From NCBI GenBank assembly GCA_965248475.1, contig OZ252106.1, forward strand, positions 1,775,640 through 1,839,639: 64,000 bases of DNA, in the 5' to 3' direction. Each line of letters begins with the position of its first letter. Position 1 is the first letter of the stretch. The notes under the pieces are model-generated. The model was not told the DNA's origin. It did no database searches and worked only from the letters and a program-made list of their open reading frames with translations. A program made the translations under genes and the position numbers. Source of the DNA: Dehalococcoidia bacterium. GTDB lineage: Bacteria > Chloroflexota > Dehalococcoidia > Lucifugimonadales > G965248475. This document shows positions 20,033-28,853 of the stretch, one piece after another.

Positions 20033-20626
20033 TTGCCCACACCTACCCCCCCGTGCTATCGTCGAGTTGTGACCAACGCCTCTTCTAAGGGCCAGCCACC
20101 CACCCGGAACAACCTACCCGTCCTCATCTCACGCCAGGAGATAGCCAAAGCCGTACAGCGTATGGCAGAGGAAATACGCCGGGACTACAAGGGCGAAGAA
20201 CCCTTACTCCTAGGGGTACTCAAGGGCGCGTTCATCTTGACGGCAGACCTTATGCGCGCCCTGAGCATGCCCGCCAACGTGGACTTCGTTCGCGTCACCT
20301 CCTACGATGCCAACACCACATCCAGCGGCAGGCCGCGCATCATCCAGGGCGTGCGCTCACCCATCAAAGACAGGCACATCCTCATAGTGGAGGACATCGT
20401 GGACACCGGTCTGACAACCAGACACCTGGAAGGCTACCTGCGACGCAAAGGCGCCGCTTCCGTCAAGCTCTGCGCGCTTCTCAGCAAGCCATCCCGACGC
20501 CAAGTGGAGGCGACGATCGACTATCTGGGTTTCGAAATCCCGGACCGGTTCGTCGTGGGCTACGGCCTGGACTACGACCAACGGTACCGCTACCTGCCTA
20601 ACGTTTGCGTGCTGGACGAGGCATGA
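20033..20626 (+). CDS. hpt: hypoxanthine phosphoribosyltransferase
   Basis: PRPP-binding loop ILIVEDIVDTGLT and C-terminal VVGYGLDYDQRYR. The exact start is uncertain (TTG 20033 or GTG 20069). Confidence 0.9.
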   Translation: MPTPTPPCYRRVVTNASSKGQPPTRNNLPVLISRQEIAKAVQRMAEEIRRDYKGEEPLLLGVLKGAFILTADLMRALSMPANVDFVRVTSYDANTTSSGRPRIIQGVRSPIKDRHILIVEDIVDTGLTTRHLEGYLRRKGAASVKLCALLSKPSRRQVEATIDYLGFEIPDRFVVGYGLDYDQRYRYLPNVCVLDEA

Positions 20627-20719
20627 CCTCCAGGTGATGTGTTGACACATCATCACGCCGTTCATACACTCCGAATGATTCATCGATTGTGTCAGTGATG
20701 TAGCGGGCAGGAGGCAGAA

Positions 20720-21868
20720 ATGGGGCCGTTAGACAACATACGGATCATCGAAATCAGTGAAGGGGAATCGGGGCCTCCTGGCGGAATGCTCTTCAGCGAC
20801 TACGGGGCCGAGGTCATCCGTATTGTCCCTCCAGGTGCGCCATCAGATAGGGATAAGCCAGGGTTTGTGGTATGGGACAGAGGTAAGAAGAGCCTGGCCC
20901 TTGATCTGGAGTCGCCCAAAGGGGTTGAGGTGCTGTTCCGCCTGTTGGAGCGCTGTGACGCTGTGCTGGTGGCACTCCAGCCCGGCGAGGCTGACCGCAT
21001 GCGGTTCAGCTACGAAGCGGTCCAGCAACAGCTGCCGCACATCATCTACTGCTCCCTCACAGGCTATGACCTGCACGGACCGGAATACGACCGCCCTTTT
21101 TATGATGGGCTAGTCCAGGCCAAATCCGGGTTCATGACCAACAACTGGGGCATAGGCGCCGGTGAGAGCAACCCCGGGCCCAAGCGTATGGGCTTTGCCG
21201 CCCCCAGCTACGCCTCCGCGTTTTATGCCTGCCTCGGCATTCTCACAGCGCTTTACATCCGCAACGAAACAGGCGTCGGCCAGCACGTCAACATATCAGC
21301 GCACACGGCGGCACTGTCCATGAGTCGCTGGAACTGGGCGGAGCAGCAGGATAGTGAGCGTCCGGCCGGACGCGGCATCTTCGGCGTCTGGATTTGCGGC
21401 GACGGGCAGTACCAGTGGACTCATACGGGCGCACGCGGCTCTTTCGACCGCTACATGAAGGTGTTTGGCATGGAAGAGTACATGGCCTCCGCGCCGGAAC
21501 CCATGCCGTGGTCTGCGGAGTTGAACCGCGAGGTCCGGGAGAAGGTGGCAGCGCTCATGAAGACCAAGCACCGAGCGGATTGGGTACGCCTCTTCGATGA
21601 GGCAGACGTGCCCAACCACCCTGTCCTCTATCCCGGCGACGCCTTTGAAGACGAACAGGCCCATGCCGTGGACATGGTGGTCTCTGTAGAGGACCCACTT
21701 CTGGGGTGGCTGGAGCAGGTGGGCATCCCCATCAAGTTCGAAAAGACGCCTGGCAGTGTTGAGATGCCGGCGCCCCTAAAAGGCCAACACACTAACGCGG
21801 TGTTGCGGAACTTCGGGTATAGCCAATCCGAGATTGCGCTATTACGCAGTGAGGGTGTTGTGGTATAG
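20720..21868 (+). CDS. family III CoA-transferase (CaiB/BaiF)
   Basis: 382 aa with a family III N-terminal pattern (G..FSDYGAEVIRIVPPG). Confidence 0.85.
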   Translation: MGPLDNIRIIEISEGESGPPGGMLFSDYGAEVIRIVPPGAPSDRDKPGFVVWDRGKKSLALDLESPKGVEVLFRLLERCDAVLVALQPGEADRMRFSYEAVQQQLPHIIYCSLTGYDLHGPEYDRPFYDGLVQAKSGFMTNNWGIGAGESNPGPKRMGFAAPSYASAFYACLGILTALYIRNETGVGQHVNISAHTAALSMSRWNWAEQQDSERPAGRGIFGVWICGDGQYQWTHTGARGSFDRYMKVFGMEEYMASAPEPMPWSAELNREVREKVAALMKTKHRADWVRLFDEADVPNHPVLYPGDAFEDEQAHAVDMVVSVEDPLLGWLEQVGIPIKFEKTPGSVEMPAPLKGQHTNAVLRNFGYSQSEIALLRSEGVVV

Positions 21869-21897
21869 AAGGAACGCTAAGACCGGAGAGAGCAATC

Positions 21898-23094
21898 ATG
21901 CAATACGCGCTAGAAGGCATCAAGGCCATCGACTTTGGAGACTGGCTGGCCGGGCCATACGGTACTCGGCTCATGGCGGACCTGGGAGCGTCAGTCATCA
22001 AGATAGAGCCGCCCGGCGGCCTGGCCATCAGGCCACAGAACCGGTCCTTTGTAGCGCACCGGACCGTCAACTACATCGTTCGGGGTCAGCGGGACGTAGT
22101 CCTGGACCTGAAGCAACCTGAGGGCGTCGAAGCGGCGCACCGCTTGATCGCAGAGGCTGACATCGTTGCACAGAATATGCGTGTGGGCGTCGCGGACCGC
22201 ATCGGCATCGGTTACGAAGAGGTCAAGCGCATCAACCCCCGTGCCATTTACGTCTTCTCGCCCGGGTTTGGCGCCGTCGGCCCGCGGTCCCGCCTGCCCA
22301 GCTTCGAACCGCTGAACTCCGCCTTCGCCGGCATCCATTATCGCAGTGGCGGAAAGGGCAACCCGCCGGCCCAGGGCATCTCCCTGGACGCCTACTGCGG
22401 CCTCATCGCCGCCTGCGGTGCGATGATGGCGCTTTTGTACCGCCAGAAGACGGGTGAGGGCCAGTACCTGGATGTGTCCCAGCTTGCCTGCGCCATGTAC
22501 TACACTTCGGAGACCTATCGCAACGCCGACGGCTCTCTGGGACCGTTGCCGGAACTGGATAACGAGCAGGCCGGTTTCAGCCCAATGGACAGGTTGTACC
22601 GCACCAGCGACTACTGGATCGCCATCTGCTGCCCAAAGGAGGACCAGTGGTACCCCCTGTGCGAGGCCCTCAGCCTGCCCTCCTTGCCGGAGGACCCCAG
22701 GTTCCGCACAGAGGCCGACAGGGCGGCGAACGGTGAATCACTCACGAGCCTGCTGGCGGAGCGCTTCCAGGCCCACAGCGCCCAGGAGTGGTTCGACATG
22801 CTCGATAGGGCAGGTGTGCCCTGTGAGGTTCCTGTGAAGGACGGCCAGACAGCCTTTCTGCAGAACCCGGCGTACCTGGACTCGAGCATGGTTGTGGAAT
22901 ATCCACACCCGTGGTGGGGCCTCATGCGTGATATCGGCCACATACTCAATTTCTCCGAGACGCCTGGCGTAATACGCGGGCCAGCACCGCAGTTAGGCGA
23001 GCACACCGTTGAGGTACTTAGGGAAGCCGGCTACTCCGACACCGAGGTCCAGGCGATGCTTGAAACGGGGGCCGCGTATGCTGCGGAATCATAA
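21898..23094 (+). CDS. family III CoA-transferase (CaiB/BaiF), paralog
   Basis: 398 aa with LAGPYGTRLMADLGASVIKIEPPGG. Confidence 0.85.
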   Translation: MQYALEGIKAIDFGDWLAGPYGTRLMADLGASVIKIEPPGGLAIRPQNRSFVAHRTVNYIVRGQRDVVLDLKQPEGVEAAHRLIAEADIVAQNMRVGVADRIGIGYEEVKRINPRAIYVFSPGFGAVGPRSRLPSFEPLNSAFAGIHYRSGGKGNPPAQGISLDAYCGLIAACGAMMALLYRQKTGEGQYLDVSQLACAMYYTSETYRNADGSLGPLPELDNEQAGFSPMDRLYRTSDYWIAICCPKEDQWYPLCEALSLPSLPEDPRFRTEADRAANGESLTSLLAERFQAHSAQEWFDMLDRAGVPCEVPVKDGQTAFLQNPAYLDSSMVVEYPHPWWGLMRDIGHILNFSETPGVIRGPAPQLGEHTVEVLREAGYSDTEVQAMLETGAAYAAES

Positions 23095-23200
23095 GCATCC
23101 TCTGGAGCGCGCTCTGGCCGGCACGCAGGGAGCGCAACACCTGAACTCCCTGCCAGGGGTCTAAGAGCCTGTCCTAACTAGCCTTGACGCCCACTAGGAA

Positions 23201-23226
23201 AATGTGGGTACAGGGCACGCCCTGCC
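23201..23226 (+). repeat. REP-like palindrome family B (ATGTGGGTRCAGGGCACGCCCTGC)
   Basis: One of five copies: 23201, 24953, 38092, 43151 (reverse) and 58039 (reverse). Confidence 0.8.
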
Positions 23227-23316
23227 GCCACCGAAAAACCGCCAGCCCAGACGATGCCCCATCAGGGCGTCTTGCGATAGACTACGCACCACAGTCACAA
23301 GGGGGAAGAAGGAACG

Positions 23317-24876
23317 TTGAAAGCCATCCTAAGCGTCTACGACAAGACCGGCCTGGTGGAGTTCGCACGGGCCATACAGGGACAGGGCTACGAGCTGGTC
23401 AGCACCGGCGGTACCCACCGGGACCTGTCCCAGGTAGGGTTGAACGTCCAGCAGGTGTCAGAACTCACAGGCTTTCCTGAGATCATGGACGGCCGGGTGA
23501 AGACGCTCCACCCCAAGGTACACGGCGGTATCCTGGCCCGCAGGCAGCTAGCCGCGGACCTGGCCCAGATGTCAGAGCACGGCATCGAAGCGATCGACCT
23601 TGTGGCGGGCAACCTCTACCCCTTCCGTAACACGGTCGCACGCCCCGGCGTAGAGCTGAACGAGGCGCTGGAGAACATCGACATCGGTGGGCCGACACTG
23701 ATCCGTGCCGCCGCCAAGAACTTCCCACACGTAATCGTAGTCGTCGACCCGGCGGATTATACGTGGATATCGGAACGCGTGGCCGGCGGCGGCCTGTCCC
23801 AGGATGAGCGAAAGGCACTGTCCGCAAAGGCATTCCAGCACGTCGCTCACTATGACACCATGGTCGCCGAATACCTGCGCGACGATGGCAACCTGCTCCC
23901 ACAGCAGCTTACCGCCGGCATGACGCGAGTCCAGGAGCTGCGGTATGGCGAGAACCCCCACCAGCGGGGCGCCTTCTACACGCTGGACTCGGTGCGTACA
24001 CCCGTAGAGGGCATCGGCGACTACACTCAGCACCACGGCAAGGCTATGTCCTACGTCAACATCCTTGACGCCGACGCCGCCTTCAACCTGGTGGCTGACT
24101 TCCCTGAGCCCGCCGTTGCCATCATCAAGCACACCAACCCCTGCTGCTTCGCCACCGGAACGGGCGACATCGCCGCGCTCTACCGGCAGGCATTGAGCGA
24201 AGGTGACGCCGTCTCTGCATACGGCGGCATCGTAGCCACCAACCGGCCCATCGATATGGAATACGCCAAGGCACTGCGCGAGATGCTGAGCCCCATCACC
24301 GGCGACCGCATGTTCTTCGAAATCGTCATCGCCCCCGGCTCGGAGTCCGACGGTCTGGACCACCTCAAGAAGAAGTCACGAGACCTGCGAATACTGACCG
24401 CGCCGCTGGGCGACCCGTCGCAGTCGCGTCTGGAGTTCCGGGGCATCCGCGGCGGCGTGCTGGTGCACGAGGCCGATGTCTCCCAAGATGAGGGTTTCAA
24501 GGTGGTCACCAGGCACCAGCCCTCTGAGGAGGAGATGGCAGATGCCAGCGCGGCCTGGCTGGTATGCAAACACGTCAAGTCCAACGCAATCGTACTGGTC
24601 AAGGACGGCGTGCTCATCGGCATGGGGGCCGGACAGCCCAACCGCGTGACCAGCGTTCGACTGGCCGCCCAGGGGGCCGGCGAGCGTTCAAAGGGCGCCA
24701 TCCTGGCGTCCGACGCCATGTTCCCGTTTGCTGACAACGTGGAGGAGGCGGCCCAGGCCGGCGTCAGCGCCATCGTCCAGCCCGGCGGCTCCATCCGCGA
24801 CGAAGAGATCATAGAGGCTGCCGACAAGCTGGGCGTGTCCATGATGTTCACCGGCGTCCGCCACTTCCGGCACTAG
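23317..24876 (+). CDS. purH: bifunctional AICAR transformylase / IMP cyclohydrolase
   Basis: 519 aa with MGS-like N-terminus (SVYDKTGL, KTLHPKVHGGILARR) and an AICARFT C-terminus. TTG start with a purine-rich RBS. Confidence 0.95.
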   Translation: MKAILSVYDKTGLVEFARAIQGQGYELVSTGGTHRDLSQVGLNVQQVSELTGFPEIMDGRVKTLHPKVHGGILARRQLAADLAQMSEHGIEAIDLVAGNLYPFRNTVARPGVELNEALENIDIGGPTLIRAAAKNFPHVIVVVDPADYTWISERVAGGGLSQDERKALSAKAFQHVAHYDTMVAEYLRDDGNLLPQQLTAGMTRVQELRYGENPHQRGAFYTLDSVRTPVEGIGDYTQHHGKAMSYVNILDADAAFNLVADFPEPAVAIIKHTNPCCFATGTGDIAALYRQALSEGDAVSAYGGIVATNRPIDMEYAKALREMLSPITGDRMFFEIVIAPGSESDGLDHLKKKSRDLRILTAPLGDPSQSRLEFRGIRGGVLVHEADVSQDEGFKVVTRHQPSEEEMADASAAWLVCKHVKSNAIVLVKDGVLIGMGAGQPNRVTSVRLAAQGAGERSKGAILASDAMFPFADNVEEAAQAGVSAIVQPGGSIRDEEIIEAADKLGVSMMFTGVRHFRH

Positions 24877-24884
24877 GGACGGTA

Positions 24885-24901
24885 CCTGGGCATTGCCCAG
24901 G
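24885..24901 (+). terminator. candidate terminator hairpin after purH
   Basis: cctgggc-att-gcccagg hairpin 9 nt after the stop, followed by a weak T-containing tail. Confidence 0.35.
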
Positions 24902-24952
24902 CCCATATTTCCCATCCACATCAATAGCTAACCTTGTTATCGGGCTTCGGAG

Positions 24953-24979
24953 ACATGTGGGTGCAGGGCACACCGTGCC
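24953..24979 (+). repeat. REP-like palindrome family B, degenerate copy
   Basis: acatgtgggtgcagggcacaccgtgcc. It shares the ATGTGGGTGCAGGGCAC arm with the other copies. Confidence 0.7.
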
Positions 24980-25037
24980 GAATGCCATTCTCCATTGAAG
25001 CAGGTGGACCATCGCAGAGGGCTATACTGTCATTGAT

Positions 25038-26525
25038 ATGGTTCACAACACGCTCCCACAGCTTTCCAAATCGCGATTCGGAGCCGGCCTACAGTGCTTA
25101 AAACGGCTCTATTTGGAATGCTACTCGCGTGAGCTGGCGGACCCCATTGATCCGAGTCAGCAGGCGCTTTTCGACTCTGGGACCGCTGTCGGAGAACTGG
25201 CCAGGCAACGGTTCCCCAGAGGCCGCCTCATTGCGGAACAGTACTTCGAACACTCCCGCGCGGAGGCGACCACTTCAGATGCTATCGCTGACCCGCTCGT
25301 ATCCGCCATCTACGAAGCGGCGTTTACCTTCGAGCGTATCCGGGTCAGGATAGATGTACTCAGTCGCAATAGTGGGGATACATTCGATCTGGCGGAGGTC
25401 AAATCCAGCACAGGCGTGAAGACGGAGCATATCGCAGACGCTGCGATCCAACTGCATGTAGTGGAAGGTTCCAGTATACCTGTACGGACAGTTTCCCTGG
25501 TACATATCGATAACAGCTATGTCTACGAAGGCGGCCCGTATGACCTGAGCAAGCTGTTCCATCTGGAGGACATAACTGACCAGGCGCGCACTTACTTGGC
25601 CTCCATACAAGGCTTGCTAGCTGAGATGTGGGAAATGCTGCGGCAAGACGAATCGCCCGGCGTTGAGATCGGATCCCAGTGCACCAGGCCTTACCAGTGC
25701 CCATTCTACGGCTACTGCCGACAGGACTCACCGGAACACCACATTGAGCAGCTCCCACGGGCCAGGCCGGAGCTCATGGAAAGGCTACGTACAGCCGGTG
25801 TCTTCGACATCAGCAAGATTCCTCTCGATTTTCCAACGCTGTCAGAAACCCAACAGCGCGTCCGAGATGCCGTAGCTACAGGCCAGCCATATATCGGCCC
25901 AGAGCTATCCGCTGAACTCGCACAGGCCACCTATCCACTGCATTTCCTGGACTTCGAGACGTTCAACCCAGCACTCCCGGCGTACTCTGGGACCCGCCCA
26001 TATCAGATAATCCCCTTCCAATGGTCGCTACACGTGCGAGACTCCGCGGGCAACCTCACCCATAACTCGTTCCTGCATGACGGGGACGGAGACCCACGCG
26101 ACGCCTTCGCCACAAGCCTCCTTGACGCCATAGGATCAGAGGGGTCAATCGTAGTCTACTCTGGCTACGAGCAGACAGTGATAAAGCGCCTGGCTGAAGA
26201 GTTCCCCCAGTATAGGAACCCCCTGTTGGCGCTATGCGACCGGCTGTTCGATCTCCTGGCTATCATAAGGTCTCACTACTACCACCCGGAGTTCCACGGT
26301 AGCTACTCCATCAAGTCAGTGCTCCCGGCCCTGGTTCCCGACCTGACGTACAGCGACCTTGAGATACGGGATGGCTCGAACGCATCGGTTGCATTCGCTC
26401 AGTTGATTGCGCCTGACACGGAGGAGCCTGAGCGGGAGCGGATCAGGAATGCGCTGTTGGATTACTGCAAGATGGATACGCTGGCAATGGTCGGGCTTAT
26501 GGACACGCTTCAAGGAGGACGCTAA
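25038..26525 (+). CDS. DUF2779-like protein: Cas4/RecB-like PD-(D/E)XK nuclease N-domain plus DEDD-like exonuclease C-domain
   Basis: LSKSRFGAGLQC N-terminus, IDVL...LAEVK nuclease motif and a Cys cluster (CTRPYQCPFYGYC). FLDFET, YSGYE and YCKMDT resemble RNase H-fold exonuclease motifs. Confidence 0.75.
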   Translation: MVHNTLPQLSKSRFGAGLQCLKRLYLECYSRELADPIDPSQQALFDSGTAVGELARQRFPRGRLIAEQYFEHSRAEATTSDAIADPLVSAIYEAAFTFERIRVRIDVLSRNSGDTFDLAEVKSSTGVKTEHIADAAIQLHVVEGSSIPVRTVSLVHIDNSYVYEGGPYDLSKLFHLEDITDQARTYLASIQGLLAEMWEMLRQDESPGVEIGSQCTRPYQCPFYGYCRQDSPEHHIEQLPRARPELMERLRTAGVFDISKIPLDFPTLSETQQRVRDAVATGQPYIGPELSAELAQATYPLHFLDFETFNPALPAYSGTRPYQIIPFQWSLHVRDSAGNLTHNSFLHDGDGDPRDAFATSLLDAIGSEGSIVVYSGYEQTVIKRLAEEFPQYRNPLLALCDRLFDLLAIIRSHYYHPEFHGSYSIKSVLPALVPDLTYSDLEIRDGSNASVAFAQLIAPDTEEPERERIRNALLDYCKMDTLAMVGLMDTLQGGR

Positions 26526-27283
26526 TGTCAGCCTTCATTGATTACCTGCGGTCATTCAACAGAAAGGAGAGGTTCTTACTCGTTGGCAGGGCTCTCGGCA
26601 ATCGGGACTTTCAGCTAGGTAAATCGTTCCGCCAGCAACTCGGTGATCGCTTCGCCCTGGATGTGCCTTCAAACGCGTTTGTGGCCATGGACTACCATCT
26701 GGACTGGATCTATGCTAGCGCCTACTTGAGCCAGGAGGGGGTTAACGCCTCGGGCGTACATCCGAATGCGGCGGGACTTGTGTCCGGCAACCAGGAAGAT
26801 GTGGACCTGATCGTAGCGTTCGACGCGGGCGAGACTACTCATCTCATCATGCTTGAGGCCAAGGCTGAGACGGGCTGGACGAAAAAGCAAACGGATTCCA
26901 AAGTGAAGCGCCTGACCGCGATATTCGGGAAAGAGAGTAATACCTTCCCTCAGTTGCAGCCTCGCTTCGGTCTGATGTCGCCTCGGCAGCCGAGCCGCCT
27001 CAAGGCTGACTACTGGCCCTCATGGATGCGGTCCCCGGAGGGCGGCCCGCTGTGGATGAAGCTCGCATTTCCGCCTGGCCGAAGGAAGCCGACCAGGTGG
27101 GACAACGACTCTGACAAGCAGAGCAAGAATGGCGACTACTTCAAGGTTGAATCGACCGACAAGAAGCAGAAATATACGGAGCCTGCTGGTCGTCCAACTC
27201 GCCTTTGCCATGGTCGTACTTCCCTACGGCATACCCCACCGTTTACCAGTTCTGGCCCAACGGCGAGTCCAATTACCCGTTAG
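26525..27283 (+). CDS. hypothetical protein with PD-(D/E)XK-like motif, translationally coupled to DUF2779 gene
   Basis: TAATG stop/start overlap. The core EDVDLIVAFD...HLIMLEAK fits a D...ExK restriction-endonuclease-like motif. The C-terminal tail is low complexity. Confidence 0.5.
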   Translation: MSAFIDYLRSFNRKERFLLVGRALGNRDFQLGKSFRQQLGDRFALDVPSNAFVAMDYHLDWIYASAYLSQEGVNASGVHPNAAGLVSGNQEDVDLIVAFDAGETTHLIMLEAKAETGWTKKQTDSKVKRLTAIFGKESNTFPQLQPRFGLMSPRQPSRLKADYWPSWMRSPEGGPLWMKLAFPPGRRKPTRWDNDSDKQSKNGDYFKVESTDKKQKYTEPAGRPTRLCHGRTSLRHTPPFTSSGPTASPITR

Positions 27284-27294
27284 GCCAAACTGGT

Positions 27295-28041
27295 ATGCTG
27301 AGACCCATGCGAACCTTTGGATTACTATTCCTTCTCCTGTCCGCGCTAGTTTTTGCGCTAACTGCATGCGGTGAAGAGAGAGGATATCCAGAGGGCACGG
27401 ACCAACAAGGGAGTCCGGTTTCCCAGGGGCCACCTCCACAACCGGACACCTATCCTGAGGTGTGGTCCAGCAATGGATACGATGGATAGACCTACGAATT
27501 CAAGGTGAACTGCTTTGGGGAGTTCGATACCCTAGAGACCTGTTTTCTGTTTGACCTGACCAGGGTGACCGTCGTAGACCCGGAGGGCACCGAATTCGAT
27601 CTGAACAAGGACTTCAACATCAACACCTTTTCGGGTGAGGTCACCAGGAGATGGGTCCTCTACGGGCCACCGGCTCAAGGTCTGCCGCTACCCGGTGAAT
27701 ACCGTTTCCAGTACTACCGCGATGCGGAGCTCATGCGTGAGCAGACCGTTGAGTACGAACCCGAGGTTGCCGATTATCCACGAAACGTATCCTGGTACAG
27801 AGATGGGAATGACCTGGTTGTAAGTTGGGATCCGCCAGAGGGCGTGAAGACTGGCATGTGGTACAAAGTCCTGGTATTCCCGGAAGCCAGGGAGCTCATA
27901 AGCCTCCAGTTCGACTGGGACGTGAATGAAGCGCGCCTGGAAAATGTTCCCCTTGAAGACGGCGACCAGGCAGAGTTAAATGTCGCCATATTCTTTAGTG
28001 GCGGATACGCCTACTCCGAAAATTCCCCGCTGACGTGGTAG
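27295..28041 (+). pseudogene. lipoprotein gene interrupted by an in-frame TAG (27487-27489)
   Basis: A signal peptide with lipobox (LTAC) is followed by 65 aa, then a TAG. The same frame continues 178 aa with no RBS before the GTG at 27505. Confidence 0.5.
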
Positions 28042-28796
28042 GAGGTCCAGCAAGGACCATGATATCCAAGCCCTCCATTGACATAGTCATCCCCGTCCTC
28101 AACGAGGAGCGGGCCCTACCCCACTGTGTGGTAACCCTCCGGCACTTCCTTATCGATGCCATCCCTAACCCGTGGCGCATCGTCATCGCTGACAACGGCT
28201 CCGACGACTCTACGCCGAGGGTGGGACGCAGCCTGGCAGACCAGCATCCGGACGTGGCCTACCTGCGACTGGAGCAGCGGGGACGCGGACGGGCCCTGCG
28301 CCGCGCCTGGCTGGAGAGTCAGGCGGACCTGGTCAGCTACATGGACGTGGACCTGTCCACAGACCTGAGCGCCTTCCCACCCCTCGTCCAGGCCCTGGAG
28401 GACGGGTATGACCTGGCCATTGGCTCCCGGCTGGCTAAGGAATCGACGGTGCGACTGCGCTCCCTCAAACGGGAGGTCATCTCCCGAAGCTACAACCTGC
28501 TCATCAAGGCGATGTTCTTCACCGGGTTCAGCGATGCCCAGTGCGGGTTCAAGGGCATGACCAGCGCCGCTGCGCGGACACTGTTGCCCCACGTACAGGA
28601 CCAGGGCTGGTTCTTTGATACGGAGCTTCTCATCCTGGCCGAGAAGCGGGAGTTCCGCATAGTGGACGTCCCAGTGACCTGGACGGACGACCCGGACACG
28701 CGGGTGAAGGTAGTGCGCACGGCCTTGGACGACTTGAAGGGCCTGCTGCGACTGCGGTTCGGAGGACTGCCCCGAGTGGAGCGGCCAACCGGCTGA
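28035..28796 (+). CDS. family 2 glycosyltransferase (dolichyl-phosphate glycosyltransferase-like)
   Basis: DIVIPVLNEE, ADNGSDD and DVDLS motifs. An alternative ATG start is at 28059. Confidence 0.85.
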   Translation: MVGGPARTMISKPSIDIVIPVLNEERALPHCVVTLRHFLIDAIPNPWRIVIADNGSDDSTPRVGRSLADQHPDVAYLRLEQRGRGRALRRAWLESQADLVSYMDVDLSTDLSAFPPLVQALEDGYDLAIGSRLAKESTVRLRSLKREVISRSYNLLIKAMFFTGFSDAQCGFKGMTSAAARTLLPHVQDQGWFFDTELLILAEKREFRIVDVPVTWTDDPDTRVKVVRTALDDLKGLLRLRFGGLPRVERPTG

Positions 28797-28853
28797 TTCC
28801 CAGCGCCGCGGAGTAGGTGTCGGGGAGCACCACAGCAATCCCCTTCTGGCTAG

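Noticed and set aside
20640-20720. Imperfect palindrome GATGTGT-TG-ACACATC overlapping a TTGACA upstream of the first CoA-transferase gene
   Set aside because: It is only 7+7 bp with a non-symmetric centre. It could be an operator, but the evidence is too thin to call.
23095-23316. ZTP (pfl) riboswitch upstream of purH
   Set aside because: The region holds a REP hairpin and the string accgccagcccag, but not the conserved CCGCCTGGGC pseudoknot element or the GGGTCGTG-type 5' domain. It should still be scanned with Infernal.
23572-24363. 263-aa minus-strand ORF (also 24180-24851)
   Set aside because: It is antisense to purH, with no RBS and no motifs.
28116-28838. 240-aa minus-strand ORF
   Set aside because: It is antisense to the GT2 glycosyltransferase gene.
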